In this document: one piece after another, positions 8,945 to 17,021 of the stretch
Position numbering within the stretch: position 1 is the first letter of the stretch
How the letters are laid out: each line of letters begins with the position of its first letter
Virus record (IMG/VR): IMGVR_UViG_3300027692_000003
DNA: 64,000 bases
Origin: a virus
Taxonomy: Duplodnaviria > Heunggongvirae > Uroviricota > Caudoviricetes
Direction: 5' to 3' (one strand)
Position numbers and translations under genes: made by a program
The notes under the pieces: generated by a model
The model's input: only the letters and a program-made list of their open reading frames with translations
What the model was told of the DNA's origin: nothing
Databases searched by the model: none

Positions 8945-9256
8945 ATGGACACGCCCGGCACCGGCTACTGCACCTGCACAGGCTGCCCGCCCGACGTCAG
9001 GAAGATCCTCTTCCACGTCTGGCAGCTGGAAACCTGGGCACGGGAGCAGGTCTTCGAGCCATGCGCCGATGATCCCGCTGAGTGCTGCGGCTGCGGAGAC
9101 GCGATCACGCAGGAAGACCTGCTGTGCGACGAATGCCGTCAACGCGGCGGCATCAGCAGCACCGACACCCGCCGCATCACGACGTTCCTCGAAGCACAGC
9201 CCCCGGACTCAGCGCTGGCCCATTTCGCCCAGCTGCTGACCCGCCCGGGCCAGTAG
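8945..9256 (+). CDS. Cys-rich (Zn-finger-like) hypothetical protein
   Basis: CTCTGC, CCGC and CDEC motifs; 103 aa. Confidence 0.6.
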   Translation: MDTPGTGYCTCTGCPPDVRKILFHVWQLETWAREQVFEPCADDPAECCGCGDAITQEDLLCDECRQRGGISSTDTRRITTFLEAQPPDSALAHFAQLLTRPGQ

Positions 9257-9386
9257 CCAGAGCTGGCAGGCTCAGAGAGGGACAATGACCCGGTGAAGGC
9301 CGATCTCCTGACCGCTGCCGCCTTGTGCGTTACAGGCCGGCAAAAACGCCGGAACATACGGGGTTACACGTCGAGAGGAGGGTGAT

Positions 9387-9635
9387 ATGCCGAGATCAGG
9401 TGCAGCGAGAGAGCCGCTAGCCGGCCCCGAGGAGGTGGCCGAGTACCTCGCCATCCCGGCGCCGACGCTCGCGGCATGGCGCTCGCGGGGCGGCGGCCCG
9501 AAATTTGCCAAGATCGGCGTCCATGTCCGCTACAAATGGGTTGATGTCGACTCGTGGCTAGAGGACCGATTCGCCACCGGCAAGGGTGGGGTGGCCGCAG
9601 AATGGGAGCGCGGGAAGGGTTCCGCCGGCCGGTAA
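9387..9635 (+). CDS. Excisionase/AlpA-like HTH DNA-binding protein
   Basis: PEEVAEYLAIPAPTLAAWRSRGGGPKFAKIGVHVRYKWVDVDSWL; strong RBS gagaggagg. Confidence 0.85.
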   Translation: MPRSGAAREPLAGPEEVAEYLAIPAPTLAAWRSRGGGPKFAKIGVHVRYKWVDVDSWLEDRFATGKGGVAAEWERGKGSAGR

Positions 9636-9662
9636 CCCCGAAGAGGACGCTGCCACCGTAGC

Positions 9663-10277
9663 TCAACGGGCAGAGAATGACCGGGTCGCGCCCGAGGGTG
9701 ACGGCATCAGCCGTGCCAGCATCCGGTAGTCAGCAAGGATGCGCTCAGCGAAACGGTCAGCCTCGGGCGTAACTCCGTAGTCGTAGCCGTAGCGGGGAAG
9801 GCGGCGGACACGAGGCCTGGCGCGGCACTCGGCTCCTGCCTTCGCCAGCCATGCGGGCGTCTCCCGGTCAAGGGCAGGAGGTGACGCGGGTGCGGGCGGT
9901 CGCTCGGTGAAGGTATGACTGGCCCCCGGCGGCGGGTAGAGGGGGTTCCCGTCCTCATCCTCGCCGGCGGGCTCACGGCTGGTGAAGGTGTGGGTCCAGG
10001 GAGGTCCGGGTTCGGGCTCTGGCCTGAAGACGCCATGCAGGAACGGTGCCAGCTTGCCGATATCACCCGGATACAGCACGATCTCCGGCCGCACATTCTG
10101 AGGCGACAGCGGGGGTGCCCACGCCACGGCCTCGCATGCTGCATCGAAGACTGCCAGGAAGTCGACCGAGCAGGACGGGGCGTCGCCGTTCATGGGGACG
10201 GCGAGGCTGTGGCCTACGGGCAGTTCCTCGTCCGGGAGTCCGCATCCGGGACAGGTCCACGTACCGTCGTCGGTCAC
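9663..10277 (-). CDS. Phage hypothetical protein
   Basis: 204 aa, N-terminal CPGC, GTGA overlap with upstream gene. Confidence 0.6.
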   Translation of the reverse strand: MTDDGTWTCPGCGLPDEELPVGHSLAVPMNGDAPSCSVDFLAVFDAACEAVAWAPPLSPQNVRPEIVLYPGDIGKLAPFLHGVFRPEPEPGPPWTHTFTSREPAGEDEDGNPLYPPPGASHTFTERPPAPASPPALDRETPAWLAKAGAECRARPRVRRLPRYGYDYGVTPEADRFAERILADYRMLARLMPSPSGATRSFSAR

Positions 10278-10477
10278 GCTGCGGACCTCCCGGCATCGGC
10301 CAGGTCCCTTTCCGCCTCGCGCTCCGCCGTCAGCCTGGCCAGCGTCTCACCGAAGGTCAGGCAGTAATCCCGCCAGAACGCATCGTGCAGCACGCATTTC
10401 TGGCCGAGGGTGAGCCCGTCGTAAAGGGGACGGAAATCGCCGCCTCCGGTCTCATGCCAGCCTCGCCGGTTACACAT
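10274..10477 (-). CDS. Phage hypothetical protein
   Basis: Start MCNRRGW at 10477 overlapping the previous stop; 67 aa. Confidence 0.55.
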   Translation of the reverse strand: MCNRRGWHETGGGDFRPLYDGLTLGQKCVLHDAFWRDYCLTFGETLARLTAEREAERDLADAGRSAA

Positions 10478-10868
10478 CGCCCGTGTCTTCCGCCGGCCCG
10501 GGCCAGCACCTGGTGGGGGTGTCCGCGTAAACCTCGGAACGGTACGGGCTGCCCGGAGAGATGTAGTCACCGGCTCGTGCCGGCGGGAAAAGCGGCCCCG
10601 TCCAGGAGTCGAGGTACACCGGCCCGGCCGCTACCCCGGGCGTGATACCGGCCGTCATCCGGTCCGGCGGGGTCATCCCTATCGTGCCGGGAAAAGCCAC
10701 GGTCGCTGCGGGAGGGAACGTGATCGTCCGGTAGTACCGCGGCACCTGGGCTGTGGTGCCCCGCGGCGGCTTCAGCGGGTCATGCCCGGTGCAGCCGTAC
10801 CGGGTGCCGGCACCCCAGCCGTACTCGCACACGGCGGGTGCGGTGCAGTCACTGCAGGCCGTGTTCAC
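10470..10868 (-). CDS. Phage hypothetical protein (CxxC N-terminus)
   Basis: GTG 10868 overlaps the stop of the DUF2829 gene; VNTACSDCTAPAVCEYGWG. Confidence 0.55.
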   Translation of the reverse strand: MNTACSDCTAPAVCEYGWGAGTRYGCTGHDPLKPPRGTTAQVPRYYRTITFPPAATVAFPGTIGMTPPDRMTAGITPGVAAGPVYLDSWTGPLFPPARAGDYISPGSPYRSEVYADTPTRCWPGPAEDTGDV

Positions 10869-11155
10869 AGGTCCCCCAGGGGTGCCGCGGACGCGGCAAT
10901 AGGCGTCCAGTCGGCGGCGAGCAGGTCCGCGTGGGCGGGTGCCCAGGGCACGAACGCCCCGGACGGGGTGCGCAGCATCAGGTACGGCGAGAACGTCGCG
11001 GTACCCGCGCCGGCGGACTCCCTGACCGGGCCGGAGAAAATCCGGTCCCCTGGCAGGCTGAATCCTGGCGAGAGCGCCACCCACTGGCCGTACCAGCCGG
11101 CCCGGGCAGCCTTGCCGCCGGCACGCAGCACCGCGAGCGCTTCACCGAAATCCAC
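10865..11155 (-). CDS. DUF2829 / Thoeris anti-defence Tad2-family protein
   Basis: MDFGEALAVLRAGGKAARAGW...YLMLRTPSGAFVPWAPAHADLLAADW matches the family pattern FGEAL..L..G....R.GW / PW..S..D.LA.DW. Confidence 0.8.
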   Translation of the reverse strand: MDFGEALAVLRAGGKAARAGWYGQWVALSPGFSLPGDRIFSGPVRESAGAGTATFSPYLMLRTPSGAFVPWAPAHADLLAADWTPIAASAAPLGDL

Positions 11156-11170
11156 GGGGCCTCCCAGAGG

Positions 11171-12463
11171 TCACCGGCATGTCCGGGTCAGTGCCTGCGA
11201 GGTGAGCTCGGCGACCGCCCCGGCCGGGGCGTCGCTGCGCTTGCATGCCTCGATGACATCGGCGGGGGAGATGCCGTCGAGGTCCGGGATCATGCCCGGG
11301 GTGATGGCATCGCGGTCATACCAGCGGGTGATCAGTTCCCTGACCTGGACGCTTCCGGCGTGCCCGAAATGCTCTACGAGGTCGACGCGGCCGGAGCGGA
11401 TCACCGCGGGGTCGATCGCCTCGGGGGTGTTGGTGGTCAGGACGGTGAGGAGGCCGTGGGGAGTGCCGATCCCGTCGAGGGCGTTCAGCAGCCCGGACAG
11501 GGTGGCCTTGTCGACCCCGTCGTCGTCACGCTGGGTCGCGGCATGGAACACGTCGACGTCTTCGAGGAGCAGCATGGACCGGGGCCCGATCCGGTTCGCG
11601 ACCCGGAGCAGCTCCCCGTCTTTCTTGACGTCGGCGAGGGGCAGGTACCAGACGTCCATCCCGAAATGGGACGCGATCGCCCTCGCTACCGAGGTTTTCC
11701 CGGTCCCGGGGGGCCCTTCGTAGAGGTGGCCGCGGTGCCACGGGATGCAGCGGCGGCCGTACTCGGCTTCGGCGGCGAGGAACCGGCCGACATCGGCGGT
11801 GAGCCGGTCCAGCTGCCCGGCGGGGAGGATGACGCTGTCCAGGGTGCGGGCGGGCACGTCGTCGAGGCGTTCCCAGTCACCCCACTTGTCGAGCATCCTG
11901 AACGCCGGCATGCTTTTCCGCTGGTGGCTGCGCTGCACGACACGGCTGATCTCAGCGAGGAGCGCGTCCCGGGCAGCGGCGGAGGTCATGGTGAACACGA
12001 TCTCCGGTGGTTTCCACGGCCGGTCCTCGGTCCCCCCGGCGGGGATGCTGACGGAGACCCGGATCTTGCAGCCGCCGATCCTGACGGCCTGCTCCCGTGC
12101 CCCGTCGTAGCGGAGCCTGACCGCCGCCGCCTCTGGTACGGCGGGCCGGCCGGAGCTGGACATGGGGATGCATTCGCCGCGGCGGGACGTCCACGCGACG
12201 AGGGCACGCTGATCCTGGCGGGGCAGCAGCCCCAGCACCCATTCATGCAGCTCGTCGTATACGTCGTCGCTGCCGGGGACTTTCACCGTATAGGTGGCAC
12301 GGTCCCGGTACCTGGCACGGGCAGCCCTGGCGAGCGGCAGGGCCATCTGCCCGGCGGCGAGGGCCAGGGCGACGCGTGGTGCGCGTTCCCGGAGGACCGA
12401 CACCAGGTCAGCGGCGGGCCGGTCCCCGGAAGTGGCGGCCTGGGCGGGGTGGTCAGCTGTCAT
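11171..12463 (-). CDS. BCS1-like AAA+ ATPase
   Basis: RGHLYEGPPGTGKT (Walker A), LLLEDVD (Walker B), TLSGLLNALDG, TTN, DPAVIRSGRVD. Confidence 0.9.
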   Translation of the reverse strand: MTADHPAQAATSGDRPAADLVSVLRERAPRVALALAAGQMALPLARAARARYRDRATYTVKVPGSDDVYDELHEWVLGLLPRQDQRALVAWTSRRGECIPMSSSGRPAVPEAAAVRLRYDGAREQAVRIGGCKIRVSVSIPAGGTEDRPWKPPEIVFTMTSAAARDALLAEISRVVQRSHQRKSMPAFRMLDKWGDWERLDDVPARTLDSVILPAGQLDRLTADVGRFLAAEAEYGRRCIPWHRGHLYEGPPGTGKTSVARAIASHFGMDVWYLPLADVKKDGELLRVANRIGPRSMLLLEDVDVFHAATQRDDDGVDKATLSGLLNALDGIGTPHGLLTVLTTNTPEAIDPAVIRSGRVDLVEHFGHAGSVQVRELITRWYDRDAITPGMIPDLDGISPADVIEACKRSDAPAGAVAELTSQALTRTCR

Positions 12464-12523
12464 GATTCCTTCGCTAGTCGGCAGTGTCGAGCGGGAGGCC
12501 CAGCGCGGTGCAGGTGACGGCGG

Positions 12524-12742
12524 TCACCAGGCAGGATCGCGGCTGACATGGAACGGCCTCGCGCATCGCAGTGCCGTCTGCCGGAAGATCTGCACGTCAT
12601 TTCCGGGCTTTGCGGGGGGCAAAGGTACCTGCACCACGTAGTCGCGGCCCTCAGCCCAGCCACGTGCGGCCAGGACGGAAACCACGGAGCGCGGGACCAC
12701 CAGCGGGGCCGGTGCACTGCCGAGGGTGAAGCAGCCCATCAT
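12524..12742 (-). CDS. Hypothetical protein
   Basis: 72 aa, ATGA overlap with the methyltransferase stop. Confidence 0.5.
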   Translation of the reverse strand: MMGCFTLGSAPAPLVVPRSVVSVLAARGWAEGRDYVVQVPLPPAKPGNDVQIFRQTALRCARPFHVSRDPAW

Positions 12743-14373
12743 GCCTCCAGCCCGAACATGGCTGGCTGGACAGCCTTGGACAGCCGTACGCAGGTCAGTG
12801 CGAGTGCCTGCGGGTCACGGTCGACCAGGATCGCGCCGAAGCCATCCAGGGCCGCAGCCTCACCTGTGGTCCCTGTTCCGCTGAAGGGATCCAGGACCAG
12901 GCCACCCGGTGGTGTCACGAGCCGGATAAGCCAGCGCATCAGCTCGAGCGGCTTCACTGTCGGCCACGCCGTGCCGTCCTCGAGGCGGGGACGTTCCGAC
13001 GCTGGGGCCTTGGCCTGATACCGGAAGGCCGGGAAGAAGCGGGACGCGCCCCCGGTGTCGGCGTAGCCTTCCGTGAAGGATCCCGCTGGCCGCGATTCAT
13101 AGCCGAAAGCGGCACTCTGGTTGCCGTCACGGTCAGCGCCGCTTTTCCGCTTCGCCCGCACGATGCCGCCGGTAGGACGTGCACCGGACTGCCGGTCAAG
13201 TTCAGCTACCGGGCAGTCATTCGCGCACGACCACGCCTCGACCGTCTCCATGCCGTCCGCATCCTGATAGCCGCGCATCTCCGACTTATCCTGGCCGCCG
13301 ATCTGGCCGTAAGCGTCGCGGTGTCCCTCCGGAGCGCTGGAACCTGGAGTGTTGGCGCCTTTCACGCGCCGCGTCCCGGTCATCTCGCAGGCTGCTGAGT
13401 GAGTCAGCAGGATGTTCGGCGGCCAGCGGCCAGCATCATGCGAATGTCCCGGAGTCATGCCGAAGTCCATCGCGCGAGTGCGGTTGCCCTCATGACCGCG
13501 ATCCCCCGGTGCATCGTAGCCTCCGCTGCCCATCCGGCATCCGTCGATGTTCAGCGCGCCCGTGCCGTGCTCCAGAACGTTCGCCGCCACGGTCCCGGCC
13601 AGAGGCTTGCGTGCGACGATGACCGGCTCATGTGCTGGCTTGAGTGCGGTTCCCCAGCCATCCCAGCGGGCGGCGTCCTCGGTGGCGGGGGCGGTCAGGT
13701 CATAGTCCTCAGCGCCGATGCCCACGGGGCCGATGGCCGAGCGCGTCCCTTTCCCCTTGGCGCAACTCAGGACGGCGCGCTCCAGACGTCCCCAGTCTTC
13801 TGGGGCAAGGTGGGCCTTGAACTCCTCCCACCACTTATCGCCAGGCGAGTGGCCTTCCTTCGTCCAGTCGTCGAGGTTGCGGCCTGGCACGTTCATGCCA
13901 AGCTCTACCGCCATCAGCACGTAGTCGCGACGTTTCACTTTGTCGATGGCCTTGGACACGTCCAGTGATTTCGGGAAGCCACTGCCGTATATCCAGTGGA
14001 TCGAATCGCGGATATCGAACCCCGCGTCCTCGATGCCGCACGCCAGCCGGTGCCATGTCCGCGTGCCGCCGAACGCCAGCAGGTGCCCGCCGGGCTTGAG
14101 CACCCGCAGGCACTCTGCAGCCCATGCCTGGCACCATGCCTGGAACGGCTGGCCTGCGACGTACGCCTCTGGCGTCGAAGTGACCGACTTGCCGTCAGCG
14201 GGGTTGGTCCGCTGGTCGACCCGCGTCCGGATCCGTGCAGCGGACGGCTTGAACGTATCCCAGCTACGGTGCATGAATTCCAGGCCATATGGCGGATCGC
14301 AGACGACCGCGTCCACGCTCGCGCTTGCCAGCGGCAGGCGGGAGGCGTCCCCGCGAAGAACGACGACGCTCAC
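12739..14373 (-). CDS. DNA N6-adenine/N4-cytosine methyltransferase (beta-class arrangement)
   Basis: VVCDPPYG catalytic motif near the N-terminus, LKPAHEPVIVARKP, and VLDPFSGTGTT SAM-binding motif at the C-terminus. Confidence 0.92.
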   Translation of the reverse strand: MSVVVLRGDASRLPLASASVDAVVCDPPYGLEFMHRSWDTFKPSAARIRTRVDQRTNPADGKSVTSTPEAYVAGQPFQAWCQAWAAECLRVLKPGGHLLAFGGTRTWHRLACGIEDAGFDIRDSIHWIYGSGFPKSLDVSKAIDKVKRRDYVLMAVELGMNVPGRNLDDWTKEGHSPGDKWWEEFKAHLAPEDWGRLERAVLSCAKGKGTRSAIGPVGIGAEDYDLTAPATEDAARWDGWGTALKPAHEPVIVARKPLAGTVAANVLEHGTGALNIDGCRMGSGGYDAPGDRGHEGNRTRAMDFGMTPGHSHDAGRWPPNILLTHSAACEMTGTRRVKGANTPGSSAPEGHRDAYGQIGGQDKSEMRGYQDADGMETVEAWSCANDCPVAELDRQSGARPTGGIVRAKRKSGADRDGNQSAAFGYESRPAGSFTEGYADTGGASRFFPAFRYQAKAPASERPRLEDGTAWPTVKPLELMRWLIRLVTPPGGLVLDPFSGTGTTGEAAALDGFGAILVDRDPQALALTCVRLSKAVQPAMFGLEA

Positions 14374-14376
14374 CTG

Positions 14377-14625
14377 CTACTCCGGTGGCCGGCCCTGACC
14401 GGACATCAGCTGTGTCGTCGGCTGGAATCCGGGAGCTTCCACCTTGGGTTCGCCGAGCCGCTCGACGGTCAGCACCTGATCCCGGTCTACCATCAGGGTC
14501 TCTGTGCCGGCGTCGTCGTGGAAGACCAGCATGCCGGGGAAGCTGGGGGACACCGCGAAACCGGCGGCGAGCACCGTCCTTGCGTTCCTGCTCTTGTCAC
14601 GGAACTCGATCCGGTATTTCCGCAA
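14377..14625 (-). CDS. Hypothetical protein
   Basis: 82 aa, tightly packed in the operon. Confidence 0.6.
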   Translation of the reverse strand: MRKYRIEFRDKSRNARTVLAAGFAVSPSFPGMLVFHDDAGTETLMVDRDQVLTVERLGEPKVEAPGFQPTTQLMSGQGRPPE

Positions 14626-14741
14626 TGTGCTGCTTCCCCCGAGGGTCCGTGGCTTGTCAGCCGATGAGTTTCGGTATCAGGGCCGGCACGTCCTGTGCCC
14701 TGAGCGGATGGTCGATAAGGGACTGCGGCTCGGCCGCAGCT

Positions 14742-15020
14742 TCAGTACCTGGGAGCTGGTAAGGCTCCTCCTGCTGCGGCTGGCCCATCTGCGTCACCGT
14801 CCTCGCCAGGCCGGGCTTCTCCCATGGCACGCAGGTGCGCCCACAGGGCCAGGTTCTGGCGGTCAGCCTGCACCGCGTCATCGTCCTCGCCCGGCCGGAC
14901 GTCCCAGCAGTACGTGCAGGCAATCCACTGGCCGCTGGCCAGGCGCTTGTCCCGTACCGCCCGGATCGCCTCGGCATCGCAGTCCTGGCAGAGCGGGCGG
15001 CATCCGCATACGTGGCTCAT
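14742..15020 (-). CDS. Small Zn-finger protein carrying a copy of the portal C-terminal motif
   Basis: CGC, CQDC and CTYC motifs, then DDAVQADRQNLALWAHLRAM (14/20 identical to portal DDAVLVDRQNLVLWAQMRDM); ATGA overlap with the portal stop. Confidence 0.65.
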   Translation of the reverse strand: MSHVCGCRPLCQDCDAEAIRAVRDKRLASGQWIACTYCWDVRPGEDDDAVQADRQNLALWAHLRAMGEARPGEDGDADGPAAAGGALPAPRY

Positions 15021-16663
15021 GCGGCGGGGAGGTCCCGGAGCGCCTCAGAGAGGCGTGCCTGGTAGGCGGCGTACCGGATCCGCCATGCCTCATCGGGTTC
15101 CGCGGCGGGTTTCCCGGCCGGTGCTTTCCTGCCCGCCGTCGGCTTGCCTGCAGGTGCTGCCTTCCCCTGCCCCCGCCCCTGCTGCTGGTCCTTGCCGGTG
15201 TCGTCGTCCTGGTCCCCGTCAGGTTCCGGTCCCTGGCCAGGTGCGGGCGGGGCGGGGCCGGCTATAGCCAGAGGGGCGCTGCCCTTGCTGTCGATCATCG
15301 CCTGGGACATGTCCCGCATCTGGGCCCACAGGACCAGGTTCTGCCGGTCGACCAGCACTGCGTCATCGCCGCCGGCTACGGGCGGTTCCCCGATCTCTGC
15401 CCTATACCTGTTCAAAGTCCAGGACCCGTTGCGGAGCCGGCTGTCCCGGATTACCTCGATGGTCTGGGAGTCCCGGAGGTCGATGTCCTTGAATTTCAGG
15501 TGCCAGCCGGTGACCTTGAAACCCTGCTTGGCGAGGTGGAAGTTCAGTTTCTCCAGCACCAGTTCAGCGGTCGGCTGGCACGTGTTGACCTGGAATGTTC
15601 GGTTCTGGTCTTCCCCGGTGCCCCCGCCGATGTTCCCGCTTTCGATGATCCCGGCTTTAGCCGGGGGGACACCGTAGCCGGCGACGATCTCGTCGCGGCA
15701 CTGGTCCTTGAACAGCAGGACGTCGGCGACTTTCCCGAACTGCAGCTCGACGATCTTCCCGCCGTTTTTGGTGACGACGGGGCGGCCCATGTTCCGGGGT
15801 CCGACGTTCCGGGCCATGTGCTGGGAAACCCACCGGTTGATGTCGCCGTCCGACATGCCCTGCGGGAAGTCGACATGGAAAATCGACGGGAGGCCCTTGC
15901 GGAACATCTCCTTGCCGCACGACGCCGCGAACAGCCACCCCGTGATGGGCAGCAGGGCGGCCTGTGTCGCGGAGATCCCGAACACCCCCGAGCGGGGGGC
16001 GTCGAGGGCGATGTGGATGACCTCGCGGGGCTCGAACTCGGCACGCTGCCCGAACTCGGTGACCTGCACGTACTTCGTGATGATGCCGTGCTCGTCCGCT
16101 ACCGGGGTGGTGGTGGGGCAGTCCAGGTTGTAGAGGGCGACGGGGATGTCCCCCACCCAGGAGACCTCGATGTAGGCGTCGCCGAACACTTCGAGGTCGG
16201 TGATGACGTTGCGGAGCAGCTGCCGGATATCGGAGGTCGGGTTGCAGAACCCGATCAGTCTTTCGAGTGCGAGGACCTGCGGTGGCTTGTCGGGCTGCTG
16301 CTGGTCCCCTTCGCCGTCGTCCCGGTCCCAGTCCATGACGAGGCCGCCGGCGGTGATGGTCCGCGCGATCGCGTTCACCGACGCCCACGACCACGGGCAT
16401 GCCAGGTACGCCTCGTACAGTTCCTGCATGAGGCTGCGGCGGTCAGTCTGAGTACTGGTCCCCATCGCGGACGTGTACTCGTTCATCCCGCCGCGCGGGA
16501 TCCCCGTCACGTACCCGGCCCGTTCCGGGACCTTCGCCTGCCTGGCCGCCAGGGCGGGGGCAGCCTCCCGGATCTGCCACGAGTACCAGTCGGAGCGGAC
16601 GGGGCGGGCTGCGGCTACCTGCTCGACCAGGGTCGGGGAACGGACAGCGACATCAGCGGCCAT
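15017..16663 (-). CDS. Phage portal protein
   Basis: 548 aa, downstream of terminase; HK97-type portal features (EVIHI, G.S...AA, K.G...L.., GVPP...G, WTLNRYRAEIGEPP). Confidence 0.92.
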   Translation of the reverse strand: MAADVAVRSPTLVEQVAAARPVRSDWYSWQIREAAPALAARQAKVPERAGYVTGIPRGGMNEYTSAMGTSTQTDRRSLMQELYEAYLACPWSWASVNAIARTITAGGLVMDWDRDDGEGDQQQPDKPPQVLALERLIGFCNPTSDIRQLLRNVITDLEVFGDAYIEVSWVGDIPVALYNLDCPTTTPVADEHGIITKYVQVTEFGQRAEFEPREVIHIALDAPRSGVFGISATQAALLPITGWLFAASCGKEMFRKGLPSIFHVDFPQGMSDGDINRWVSQHMARNVGPRNMGRPVVTKNGGKIVELQFGKVADVLLFKDQCRDEIVAGYGVPPAKAGIIESGNIGGGTGEDQNRTFQVNTCQPTAELVLEKLNFHLAKQGFKVTGWHLKFKDIDLRDSQTIEVIRDSRLRNGSWTLNRYRAEIGEPPVAGGDDAVLVDRQNLVLWAQMRDMSQAMIDSKGSAPLAIAGPAPPAPGQGPEPDGDQDDDTGKDQQQGRGQGKAAPAGKPTAGRKAPAGKPAAEPDEAWRIRYAAYQARLSEALRDLPAA

Positions 16664-16669
16664 CTAGGC

Positions 16670-16975
16670 TCACCCGCCGTTCGCGTGCGCGATCTCGCTC
16701 CGCAGCCGCTCGATCTCGGCGAGCATGTCATCCCGTTCCCGCATCATCTCGGCCCTGGGGGGCCGGACAGTGCCGTGCGCGTTCTGCCACCCCAGCCGGA
16801 CCGCCGTCGCCGACCACGCGAAAGCCAGCCACCCGAGCGCGAACCCTTTCGCGACCAGCCACCCGGCCCCGAACAGCACCCCGGTGACCGCGGCCAGGAC
16901 GGTGGCGCCGAACCGGACCTCACGGGCCTGCCTGGAGATCTCCCCGACAGGAACCCGGTCAGTGATCACGGACAT
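16670..16975 (-). CDS. Small membrane protein
   Basis: Hydrophobic segments (VLAAVTGVLFGAGWLVAKGFALGWLAFAW) and a coiled-coil C-terminus. Confidence 0.7.
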   Translation of the reverse strand: MSVITDRVPVGEISRQAREVRFGATVLAAVTGVLFGAGWLVAKGFALGWLAFAWSATAVRLGWQNAHGTVRPPRAEMMRERDDMLAEIERLRSEIAHANGG

Positions 16976-17021
16976 CAGGACCCACCATCCCTGTCTCTGA
17001 TCTGGCTAGGGCGCGCGGTGG

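Noticed and set aside
9652-9731. Functional tRNA gene
   Set aside because: No proper anticodon stem or T-loop; kept only as a low-interest remnant.
14657-14787. Possible 43-aa ORF ending ALIPKLIG, resembling the capsid N-terminal ALIPKII
   Set aside because: Match too short, and the ORF overlaps another; likely chance.
14823-15367. Diversity-generating retroelement TR/VR pair (portal repeat)
   Set aside because: Mismatches are not adenine-specific and there is no reverse transcriptase in the window.
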